From: an uncultured Chloroflexia bacterium
GTDB lineage: Bacteria; Chloroflexota; Anaerolineae; B4-G1; SLSP01
DNA: 64,000 bases
NCBI GenBank assembly: GCA_963751345.1
Contig: CAVVUS010000022.1
Location: forward strand, 162,970 to 226,969
Direction: 5' to 3'
The notes under the pieces were generated by a model. That model searched no databases. It was not told where the DNA came from and was given only the letters and a program-made list of their open reading frames with translations. Shown here in pieces: positions 21,901 through 30,867 of this stretch. The position numbers and the translations under genes were made by a program. The number at the start of each line of letters is the position of its first letter. The stretch's first letter is position 1.

Positions 21901-22494
21901 GATCCGACCGACGGCAACGCCGATGGTATTCCCGATCAGTGGGCTGCACTCTACGGGCTCAGCCCCGACATCGCGACCTCGATGGCGACGGGCTCTCCGA
22001 CGTGAACGAGTACGATGCAGCCTCGAACCCCGGAATGCCGACAGCGATGGCGATGGCTACTACGACGGAGAGGAGGTGGAGGCGGGCAGCGATCCCTGCG
22101 ATCCCGCCAGCCGGCCCGACACCGTGAAACCCAAGCTCGCACTCGTCGGTGACGCGGCCCTCCAGTTCACAGCGGCGGCAAACCTTGGCGCCCCCGAAAC
22201 ACAGTTCGTCTCGGTCTATAATGCCGGTCTGGGCACGCTAACCTGGCAAGCCGACAGCTCAGCCGGGTGGATCGTCATCAGCCCCACACGTAGCATCGGG
22301 CTTGGTACGTTGACCGTCACAGTGAACCCACACGGCCTGGCGCCGGCACTACTCCGGTTTCGTCACGATCACTAACGCCGGCCTGAGCGTGGCCAGCGTT
22401 GCGGCAGCGCAGCCCGAGTCCGTGACAATCCCGGTCACGATGGTGGTGCTGGCGCCCAAGCAACAGGAGATCGACTTTCCAGGTCCACCGATAG
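15906..22494 (+). CDS. Giant secreted modular protein (DNRLRE-like, FN3, Ca-binding DxDGD repeats, BACON-like); multiple frameshifts and one in-frame TAG; end approximate
   Basis: Signal peptide; YLDQDGNWAPID...WWLDPQRAYPVVLDP; WDVTAQLQSWY; DLAGY and LTGLTPGQVYEVGVRG (FN3); NADSDGDGYYDGEEVEAGSDP; GTLTWQADSSAGWI. Consecutive ORFs 15906-18494, 18418-20631, 20349-20948, 21254-22375, 22389-. Confidence 0.7.
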
Positions 22495-22584
22495 GGCAAA
22501 ATCTGGCGGGCGGGAACGTCGAAGCAGCATTCCCGCCCGCCAGCGAAGGACCGTCGATGTGGTCTTGTGTGCAGGCTTCGGGCG

Positions 22585-23588
22585 TCAGATCCTTCCCGCC
22601 TGGCGTAGGACGGCGAGTGCGTCGATCGTGACCCAGGGGTTCATACGCTTGCGGCTGGTGCCGCCCCAATCGACGAGCGAGCCGCCGTTGGCGGGGGTCT
22701 CCACGACGCGATAGTGCCGGCGCTCGGCCGGAAAACCGCCGTCGGGCAGCCGCTTGCTCTCCAGGAGATCCAGCGCATCGGCACAGCGCGGGTCGTCCAG
22801 CAATCCCATCTCCCCCAGCACTTTGAGACCAAAGAGAATGTCGTAGTGCCAGTAGCAGGGGTAGTGGAGCTTGACGAAGTCCTCCTTCATCACGCTGCCA
22901 TCGGCCTGCCGGCGAAAGAGCTTGCGTTTGAGGAAGATGTCGGAGGCGCGGAGCGCCGCTTCGGTGGAGGCCACATCGCCGGTCAGCCGCCCGTGAAGAG
23001 CCAATCCCCGCATCGGGATCAGGCTCTCCATATACGATGAGTTGACCGCGCTCGTTGTGCGGTCGCAGTTCCAACCACCGTCGGGCCACTGCCAGCGGAT
23101 GAGCAGGCGCGCCAGTTCGTCGGCGCGCTCGTCCGCGATCCCCAGCGCCAACGTCGACCAGAGCGCGTTGCCCTGCTGTGAGGCGCATCGACGCGCGCGC
23201 CCGTCGATGATCGGCACGCCGGGCAACGACTTGTAGCGCGCCGACTCACGCTCGACGATCCGCTCCTGGATGTACTTGGGATCCAGCCACATCTCGTAGA
23301 CCTGATCCCGCAACGGGACGAGATCCTTGTCGCCCGCCGGATAGCCTATATCCGCGAGTGAAGCCAGGGTCCAATGCGCACCCGTGAACTTGGCGTACGC
23401 GCTGCCGGGCATCCGGCCGTCGGCAGCGCGCAAGGAGAGCATCTGCGGACGCGGTCGCTCGACCGCGCCGCCTCCGCCGGCGCGCGCATCTCCGGAGACG
23501 CCGCATCCTCCCCGAGGACCCGCAGCCGCGTCTTGAGGCGGACACAGGGATCATCTGAAGCGAGCAACTGAATGACAATAGTATCCAT
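22585..23588 (-). CDS. Prenyltransferase/squalene-cyclase-repeat (alpha/alpha barrel) hypothetical protein, frameshift near 23440
   Basis: QWPDGGWNC and RLPDGGF QW-like motifs, HYPCYWHYDILFGL. N-terminus MDTIVIQLLASDDPCVR lies in another frame. Confidence 0.7.
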
Positions 23589-23782
23589 ATCGAGTCGGAG
23601 CCCCTGGAGATCGCATGCGTGGAGTCTCACTTCTCAAGCTCGGATACAAAGGCAGCAAACGTCATCGGCTCAGACGAGGGGAGATGTCCATCTGGATCAG
23701 CATAAGGACCTGGTAGACCGGTTGGTGATTATATCCTCGTACATCTCACACCCCCTTTCGTTAGCTTACGGCGCCACTCAAA

Positions 23783-25450
23783 TCAATTCCGTTTCAGCGA
23801 CCGATACTTGCCACGGGTACTGGCGGACTTGCCCAGGCGCTCGCGCTGGTCGGCCTCGTAGTCGGACCAGTTGCCGATGTGGAAGGTCACCTGCCCGTCA
23901 TCCTCGAAGGCGAGGATGTGCGTGGCGACGCGGTCGAGGAACCACCGGTCGTGGCTGACAACGATCGCACATCCGGCGAAGGCGGTCAGGGCTTCCTCCA
24001 GGGCACGCAGCGTGTTGACATCCAGGTCGTTGGTGGGCTCGTCCAACATAATGACGTTCCCGCCCTCCGTCAACGTCTTGGCAAGGTGCACGCGATTGCG
24101 CTCGCCACCGGAGAGCGATCCAACCAGTTTCTGCTGGTCCGAGCCGCTAAAGTTGAACGAGGCTACGTACGCCCGCGAGTTCGTCTGGCGGCTCCCCAAC
24201 GTCAGCGTATCTGCGCCTCCCGAGATCTCTTCCCAGACCGTTTTCTCACCATTCAGTGTCCTGAACTGGTCGGCATACGCCAGGACGACCGTCTCGCCGA
24301 CCCGTACCGTGCCCTCATCCGGCGTCTCCTGCCCGGTGATCATCCTCAGGAAGGTGGTCTTGCCGGCGCCATTAGGCCCAATCACGCCCACGATGCTCCC
24401 CCGGGGCAAACTTATGGACAGATCGTCGATCAGCTTCCGGTCGCCGTACCCCTTGCTCACGCCCTCGGCCTCAATGACCACGTCCCCCAGCCTGGGGCCC
24501 GACGGGATGTAAATCTCCAGATCCTCGCGCTCCCGCTCGTACTCCTGGCTCAACAGGCGCTCATAGGCCGAGACACGTGCCTGGCCCTTGGCCTGTCGCG
24601 CTCTGGGTGCCAGATGGATCCACTCCAGCTCCCGTGCCAGCGTCTTCTGCCGTTTGGACTCCGTTCGCTCCTCCTGTCGCAGCCGCTCCTGCTTCTGCTC
24701 CAACCAGGAGGAGTAGTTACCTTTCCACGGAATGCCGAAGCCCCGGTCTAGCTCCAGAATCCACTCGGCCACATTGTCCAGGAAATAGCGGTCGTGGGTC
24801 ACGGCAATCACGGTGCCCTTATAGTCCCGCAGGTGCCGCTCGAGCCACGCCGTCGACGCCGCGTCGAGGTGGTTGGTCGGCTCGTCCAGGAGCAGGATGT
24901 CGGGCTCCGTCAGCAGTAGGCGCGTCAGCGCCACCCGGCGCCGCTCGCCACCTGAGATCACCCGCACCGGCGTATCCGGAGGCGGGCAGCCCAGCGCCTC
25001 CATCGCGACCTCCAGCTGGTTGTCCAGCTCCCAGGCCCCACGGCGGTCGATCTCCTCCTGAAGCTTGGCCTGTTTGGCCAGCAGTGCATCGAAGTCGGCC
25101 TCGGGATCTCCAAAAGCCTCAGTCACGGCGTCATAGCTCGCGAGCAAGTCGACCACGGGCTGCACTGCCTCCTGGACCACCTCGCGGACGGTCTTGTCGT
25201 CGTCCAACTGGGGCTCCTGCTCCAGAAGGCCTACGCTGTAGCCCTTGGACATCGCGATCTCGCCAACGTAGTCCTTGTCGATACCGGCGATGATCCGCAG
25301 CAGCGTCGATTTCCCGGAGCCGTTGAGTCCCAGGACGCCGATCTTCGCGCCGTAGAAAAAGCCCAGCGAAATATCACGTAACACCTGCCGGTTGGGCGGA
25401 TAGATTCGCCCAACCCCCATCATCGAATAGATAACCTGATCGTTTGGCAT
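23783..25450 (-). CDS. ettA: Energy-dependent translational throttle protein (ABC-F)
   Basis: ISLGFFYGAKIGVLGLNGSGKST, SGGERRRVAL, ELDRG.GIPWKGNYSSWLEQK, LSGGERNRVHLA. Confidence 0.93.
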   Translation of the reverse strand: MPNDQVIYSMMGVGRIYPPNRQVLRDISLGFFYGAKIGVLGLNGSGKSTLLRIIAGIDKDYVGEIAMSKGYSVGLLEQEPQLDDDKTVREVVQEAVQPVVDLLASYDAVTEAFGDPEADFDALLAKQAKLQEEIDRRGAWELDNQLEVAMEALGCPPPDTPVRVISGGERRRVALTRLLLTEPDILLLDEPTNHLDAASTAWLERHLRDYKGTVIAVTHDRYFLDNVAEWILELDRGFGIPWKGNYSSWLEQKQERLRQEERTESKRQKTLARELEWIHLAPRARQAKGQARVSAYERLLSQEYEREREDLEIYIPSGPRLGDVVIEAEGVSKGYGDRKLIDDLSISLPRGSIVGVIGPNGAGKTTFLRMITGQETPDEGTVRVGETVVLAYADQFRTLNGEKTVWEEISGGADTLTLGSRQTNSRAYVASFNFSGSDQQKLVGSLSGGERNRVHLAKTLTEGGNVIMLDEPTNDLDVNTLRALEEALTAFAGCAIVVSHDRWFLDRVATHILAFEDDGQVTFHIGNWSDYEADQRERLGKSASTRGKYRSLKRN

Positions 25451-25493
25451 GGCTCTATTATAACCCAAACGGTGGACGGACGTGGGCTGGCCC

Positions 25494-26270
25494 TCAGAGA
25501 CCGGCAACCACACAGAACTCCCCGGCGACGAAGCTGAGCCAGTGGTCCCAGGTACCCGGTTCTAGGCCATCGAGGGGCTGAAAGTGATGGGGCGATTCCA
25601 GGACCTCCCGGATCGCAAAGCCCTCGGCGATCAGGCCGTTGAAGATCTCCTGCAAGAAGTGGCGGTAGTCGGCGGGAATGCTCTCGCCGAGCCGGCGGAC
25701 CGCGTAGGGCACGGTGATGCGGTAACCTGTGCCGTCCCACGCGTCCATGTCCACGAACTGGGTTGCGGGGTTGTTGAACTCGGTGCGGTAGGTGCCCCCA
25801 GGACGTAGGACGCGCCGGACCTGGGCGAAGACGGGACGGACCTCGGGAACGTAGGAGAGCGACGGCGCCTGCCAGACGAGATCGTACGCATCGTCCTTCA
25901 GCCGGAAGAGGTCGCGCATGTCAGCCTGATAGGTCGTGACGGGATAGCCGTAGTGGGCCGCCGCCTTCCGGTCACCGGCGAGTTGGCCCCCGGTCAGGTC
26001 GGCGACGGTGACGTGCGCGCCGAGCAGGCCAAAGACAGCCGATTGCTGTCCGCCGCCCGAGGCCAGGCAGAGCACGTCCTTGCCGGCAACATCCTCCAGC
26101 AACCGTGCGGGGTACATCTCGATCAGAGTCTCGGGCACCGGCGACAGCTCACCGCGGACGTAGCGGCGGATGTTGTCGAGGTCAAGATCGAGCCAGGGAA
26201 TCGTGTAACCGCATCCCTCATCGACCATGCGTTCCCAATGCTGTTGGTTGATGTCCGCGATCTCGTCCAC
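25494..26270 (-). CDS. Class I SAM-dependent methyltransferase
   Basis: VLCLASGGGQQS motif I, VLRPGG. Confidence 0.88.
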   Translation of the reverse strand: MDEIADINQQHWERMVDEGCGYTIPWLDLDLDNIRRYVRGELSPVPETLIEMYPARLLEDVAGKDVLCLASGGGQQSAVFGLLGAHVTVADLTGGQLAGDRKAAAHYGYPVTTYQADMRDLFRLKDDAYDLVWQAPSLSYVPEVRPVFAQVRRVLRPGGTYRTEFNNPATQFVDMDAWDGTGYRITVPYAVRRLGESIPADYRHFLQEIFNGLIAEGFAIREVLESPHHFQPLDGLEPGTWDHWLSFVAGEFCVVAGL

Positions 26271-26298
26271 AGCTTCGCCCTTTCGTCTCATCTGTTGG

Positions 26299-27102
26299 CT
26301 ATCCGGAGGCGTCGTCGCGGCGGAACACCCACCAGACGTCGTGTCCTTCGAAACCACACCGGCGATATAGAGCCTCAGGATGGCTCTCGTTGTCGATCTG
26401 ACCGGCGACCGTCGTGAAGTCGGCGCGCCCCTCTACCCGCCGGAGCAGTTCGCATACCAACGCCGCCCCCAGCCCCCTCCGCCGGTACGCCGGCAGCACC
26501 TGGACCCACTCAAGCGACGCCTCCGGCACCGTCTCGTCGAACTCCGCGATGCCGAGCGCAGCAGGCGCGCCGGTTCGGCGGTCTATCACCCACAACCAGA
26601 GATCTGGCGCGTACACAGGATGTCTCGTCCAGCTCTCGACGATGGCGTCGGTGAGTGAAGTCCATTCGTAGCACCGATTGACGAAGCCCGCAACACCGTC
26701 TGCGCTGTCCGCTTGCCGGAGCGAGAACCCGTCGGGCAGCGACCGTATCGGATCTGCGCCGGAGTGAAACAGGCGGAAGTATCTCTCGGGAGGAGCAAGG
26801 TATTCGAGTTGAGCCGTCGAGACATCACGATCGTGGAGCAGAAGCAGCTGGAATCCGGCCAGCTCCGGGAAGGCCGGGCTCGACTCCGCCTCCTCATAGT
26901 GCCAATGAACCATCAGCCGCCGATCGTCGGTCGCAGTGAGCCACACGACATAGCCGCTGCCGGGATCGATCGCCATCTCCAGAACCGGTTCGGAAGCTTC
27001 CCGGATCTCACGTAGGGTCTTCCACAGCGCGTTGGGCAGGACTTCGCACGGGCGGTCGCCATAGACGATCCGCAGCGCGGGCTCGAAATCGCTCAGTGGC
27101 AC
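26299..27102 (-). CDS. GNAT family N-acetyltransferase
   Basis: VQVLPAYRRRGLG, LYRRCGF. Confidence 0.85.
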   Translation of the reverse strand: MPLSDFEPALRIVYGDRPCEVLPNALWKTLREIREASEPVLEMAIDPGSGYVVWLTATDDRRLMVHWHYEEAESSPAFPELAGFQLLLLHDRDVSTAQLEYLAPPERYFRLFHSGADPIRSLPDGFSLRQADSADGVAGFVNRCYEWTSLTDAIVESWTRHPVYAPDLWLWVIDRRTGAPAALGIAEFDETVPEASLEWVQVLPAYRRRGLGAALVCELLRRVEGRADFTTVAGQIDNESHPEALYRRCGFEGHDVWWVFRRDDASG

Positions 27103-27106
27103 TCTT

Positions 27107-27415
27107 TCAGGAGACAAGGAGCAGCAGCCCATTGAGGATCACCGTCCAGCCCGCCAACAGGACCAGGAGATTGAGCGCGAGCCAGCGGACGACAACCCAG
27201 TCGGAGAAGACGTAGTGATACACATAGCGCTCATAGAAGAGCATCTTCACGGCATTGGCTGCCGGATGCGAACAAATGTAAAGGCCCAGCACCACACCGA
27301 TACTGCCACCCAGATAGTGCACGCCGGTGAACGGGCCGAGATAGTGGAGTACACCGGAAGCAACGGCAGACGACAGAGTCAGGACCCAGAGCTTTAGCCA
27401 GTTTCGGTGTGGCAC
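27107..27415 (-). CDS. Small hypothetical membrane protein (about 3 TM)
   Basis: Hydrophobic C-terminal third of ORF 27107-27817, after the nitrilase stop; GTG start at 27415. Confidence 0.55.
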   Translation of the reverse strand: MPHRNWLKLWVLTLSSAVASGVLHYLGPFTGVHYLGGSIGVVLGLYICSHPAANAVKMLFYERYVYHYVFSDWVVVRWLALNLLVLLAGWTVILNGLLLLVS

Positions 27416-27438
27416 GTACCTCGTTCGCCCGGATCGGC

Positions 27439-28220
27439 CTACCGGTAGAGCTCCTGGCGCTGCCCCACGAACCAGGGATTCGTCTCCCGCTGACGAAAGC
27501 GCAACCGCAGGGTCGACATCGCGCACGATGATTCCCTCACGGTCCCAGATCTCTTCCAGGAGATCGCCCGAGGGATCCGTGATGTTGCTTCCACCGCGGC
27601 AATAACTCCCGGTCTCGTCGGGCCCCGCGCAGCACGACACCGCCATCCACATAGAGTTCCTTGCGGCGAGATCCTTAACTTCGGCGTGCCCACGGCTGTT
27701 GCGATTGTTCATCCAGAAGACGACCGAGCATCCCAGATTGGCATAGGCACGCGTCATCTCGGGGAAATCGCCGTCGTAGCAGATCATCAATCCGCAGCAT
27801 CGTCCCAAGAACGTCAAAGGTCACCAACCTGTCCCCCGCCTTGTAGTAACTTGGCTCGTGCCGCAGGCCCTCTGCGGCCCACCATAGATGCGTCTTGCGA
27901 TAGTTGGCGATGACGCCCTGCCCGGAGACGACCGGTGCCGCGATGTAAGTGCCGGCATCGTCACGTTCAGTGAGCCCGTAGATCACCAATGCATGGGTTC
28001 CCCGAAGCAACGCCTGAAACGCCTGCGTGGTGGGGCCGTGGAGAGGCTCCGCGAGGGCCTTAAGGTTCTCGACGTAGCCAACGAGCAGCTCCTCGTGAAA
28101 CAGAATGACGTCTGCCCCTTGAGCCAGAGCATCTGCGGCAAACGACAGCGCCTTGGCGCGATTCTCGTCAACCCGCCCGGGATTGCCGTTCTGCTGGATC
28201 ACCGCGATTTTGATCGTCAC
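27439..28220 (-). CDS. Carbon-nitrogen hydrolase (nitrilase family), two frameshifts
   Basis: Catalytic triad FHEE, YRKTH, ICYD spread across ORFs 27675-28220, 27107-27817 and 27439-27693. Confidence 0.85.
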
Positions 28221-28266
28221 AGCAACACATCCTACTCTGGCGCCTCCAAAGAGAGCGCCCGCGCAC

Positions 28267-29000
28267 TCAGACCTCGCGCGCCCTGGTTACACGCCTCGTC
28301 AGCAACAGCACCAACGATGGGCTGATCAGCAGGCCGGCGACCGGCGTCAGGCCGACCTTTGTAAAGAGCGTCGGCATCAGTTCCGAGTACGCCCACAAGT
28401 GCTGATCGTAGGAATTGATCTCCAGATAGACCAGGAACGCCACACAGACGGCCGTCGTGATGAGGTAGCCAACCCATGGGCGCATCGGCCGGCTGCGAGA
28501 TCCCAGCAAGCCGCCGCCGCGCACAAACCAGAACCGGTCTTGGTAGATCTGGCTGGTCAGCAAAACGCACCCAGGATCAGCAGCGCATCGAGGAGCGCCG
28601 CTCGCCAGAAGGTCTGGACGAAAAACAGCTTCATCGCGACGGTATTCTCGCCAAAATAGGGGATGCCGCGGTTGACGCCGGTATACATCGGAATCTGCGA
28701 GACCTCCCACCAGAAGTTGAAGAAGAAGCCGAAGACGACGATCAGCAGTTCCGGCTGAACGAGGAACCGGACGAAGGCGTTGGACGCCTCGGGTCTCATC
28801 CGGAGCGGCCACGCTCGATCTCCTTCCTGTCGCCGAATGGGAATAGACAGCAGCACGGATGACAGGATGCCCAGGAGAATGATGCCAATGCCCGTGAACA
28901 GTCTGGGCAGACGTGCAAGCCCGGTGATGACAAACCAAGCCCCAATCAGAACCAACACGACACGCACAACGCCACGGATGATCTTCAGTGTCTTCGTCAT
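28267..29000 (-). CDS. Hypothetical polytopic membrane protein, frameshift near 28580
   Basis: Multiple TM segments; NFWWEVSQIPMY in ORF 28557-29042; WAYSELMP..VGLTP in ORF 28267-29010. Confidence 0.7.
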
Positions 29001-29137
29001 TGTGTTCCACTCTCTTGACGGCAGGATGTTGGCATGGCCCAATGGTCAGGTCGTGCCGGTTCTTGCGGCAAACCTCACGGGGAGAGCCCCGAGTAGATCA
29101 AACCCGCGCGGGGCTGCGAAAGATACTCAGGGAAAGC

Positions 29138-30844
29138 TCATTGGTTCATGTCCAAGGCATGGCGGACGGCGCGCGCCAACGCCCCCGATTCGAGCGGCTT
29201 GTGTAGCACGTCGACAAACCCCGCCTCCCTCAGGTCCTGCGCCCATCGCCCGACCAAGGGAGCGGTGATGGCGATAACTTTCAGGTTGGGAGCCCTTTGT
29301 CTCAGATCCCGGGCGAGTATGCTGCCGCCGGTGCTGGGTCGGACAATGTCCGTGATAACCAGATCAATGCGCTCCTGCGCTGCGAGGACCATGATCGCCT
29401 CTAGCCCCGTCCCCGCCACCAAGACCCGATACCCCAGTGTCGTCAGCACCCCCGTTGCAGCATCCAGGACGGGCTGCTCATCCTCGACCAACAGGATCGT
29501 CTCCCCATGCCCTCGTGGCAGTGGAGTCTCCCGCTGTGGCGGCGACTCCGGGCCCGACGGCGGGCGGGCTGGAAGATAAATGCGAAACGTAGTACCTTGC
29601 CCCACTGCCGTGCTGACGTCGATGTAGCCTTCATGCTGCCGGACGATGCCGTACACCTGTGCCAGCCCCAATCCGGTCCCCTTGCCCACCTCTTTTGTGG
29701 TGAAAAAGGGTTCGAAGAGGTGGACGCGCACGTCGTCAGTCATTCCGGTTCCCGTGTCGGACACGCTGAGACAAACCCAGTCCCCGGAAGGCATGCCGGC
29801 AACCGGAGGTGCTTCCGAAGTCACAGCCAGACGAGATAGGCCAAACTGCAGCTCGCCACCATCAGGCATTGCGTCGCGGGCATTGTCTGCCAGATTTGCC
29901 AGCACCTGTCCCATACGTTCGGAATCGGCATTTACGATGCTTTCCCACGGCCCCGTCTTCACCGACACACGGATGTTGTCAGGGGTCGTCTGCCGCAGAG
30001 CCCGGACGGTATCCCGCACCGACACCTCGAGATCGACCGCGCGACGATGCATCATCGCCCGACTACTGAAGTCCAAGATCTGTTGCACAAGGTGGGTGGC
30101 CCGAGCCGATTCCTTCACGACACCATCAACGTGTCGCGCTGCTGTTTCGGGTAGTTGAGGAGCAAACAAGGCGATCTCGGCATTGAGCACGATCGTCGTC
30201 AGAAGATTGCGAAAATCGTGAGCGAAGCCGGCGGCAAGCTGACCGACCATGGCCAGCTGCTCCTGCTGATGAAGCTGCTGCTCCAGAGTTCTCAGATCAT
30301 CGATGTCGCTAATCGTCATCCGGCATACCAGCCGGCCCTCAGCATCCGTGATCGTACTGGCTGCCAGCTGTGTCCACGGTTGCGTTCCATCGGCCCTGGC
30401 CAGTCTCAGCTGGCAGGCCTGGGGCTCCTGCGTCGCAAAGAGGCGTCTGCGATGTAGGTAGTAGCTGTCCTGATCCTCAGCGACGATGAACTGCGTCATC
30501 GGACGCCCAAGCAGTTGAGCTCTCTCCACACCCAGCATCGACGCGACGGTCAGGTTGGCATCGAGGATCACCCCCGATTCGCTCAGTGTCATGTACCCTG
30601 CGGGAGCGAAATCATAGAGATCGACATATCTATCGCGCGCGAGTTCAAGCTCAATCTGCGCTTGGCGGAGATTCTCATTCTGCATTTCCAGCTCGATCTG
30701 ATGCACCCGGAGTTCGTGGACGAGGCCCAGCATCTGGTCGGGTGTCAAAGCCTGCAGGTCTGCCGACTCCTGTTCGACGATCGCTTCCGCGCGTCGACGC
30801 AGGTCTGCACCATTGGTCTCGGTTCCCGGATCTTCAACCATCAC
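29138..30844 (-). CDS. PAS-domain hybrid histidine kinase/response regulator
   Basis: HELRVHQIELEMQNE, PAS, AHDFRN H-box, NARDAM, DTGTGM, GKGTGLGL, receiver ILLVED..LVITD. Confidence 0.92.
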   Translation of the reverse strand: MMVEDPGTETNGADLRRRAEAIVEQESADLQALTPDQMLGLVHELRVHQIELEMQNENLRQAQIELELARDRYVDLYDFAPAGYMTLSESGVILDANLTVASMLGVERAQLLGRPMTQFIVAEDQDSYYLHRRRLFATQEPQACQLRLARADGTQPWTQLAASTITDAEGRLVCRMTISDIDDLRTLEQQLHQQEQLAMVGQLAAGFAHDFRNLLTTIVLNAEIALFAPQLPETAARHVDGVVKESARATHLVQQILDFSSRAMMHRRAVDLEVSVRDTVRALRQTTPDNIRVSVKTGPWESIVNADSERMGQVLANLADNARDAMPDGGELQFGLSRLAVTSEAPPVAGMPSGDWVCLSVSDTGTGMTDDVRVHLFEPFFTTKEVGKGTGLGLAQVYGIVRQHEGYIDVSTAVGQGTTFRIYLPARPPSGPESPPQRETPLPRGHGETILLVEDEQPVLDAATGVLTTLGYRVLVAGTGLEAIMVLAAQERIDLVITDIVRPSTGGSILARDLRQRAPNLKVIAITAPLVGRWAQDLREAGFVDVLHKPLESGALARAVRHALDMNQ

Positions 30845-30867
30845 CCACCTCCCTTTCAGCCCGCCAC

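Noticed and set aside
27107-27817. Nitrilase/membrane protein fusion ORF
   Set aside because: The nitrilase C-terminus (RQRETNPWF..QRQELYR*) is in another frame ending at 27439, so the fusion arises from a frameshift.
29066-29122. c-di-GMP-I riboswitch-like GGCAAACC...GCGGGGCTGC
   Set aside because: It lacks the GAAA tetraloop and GCAAA elements, and lies on the strand opposite to both flanking genes.
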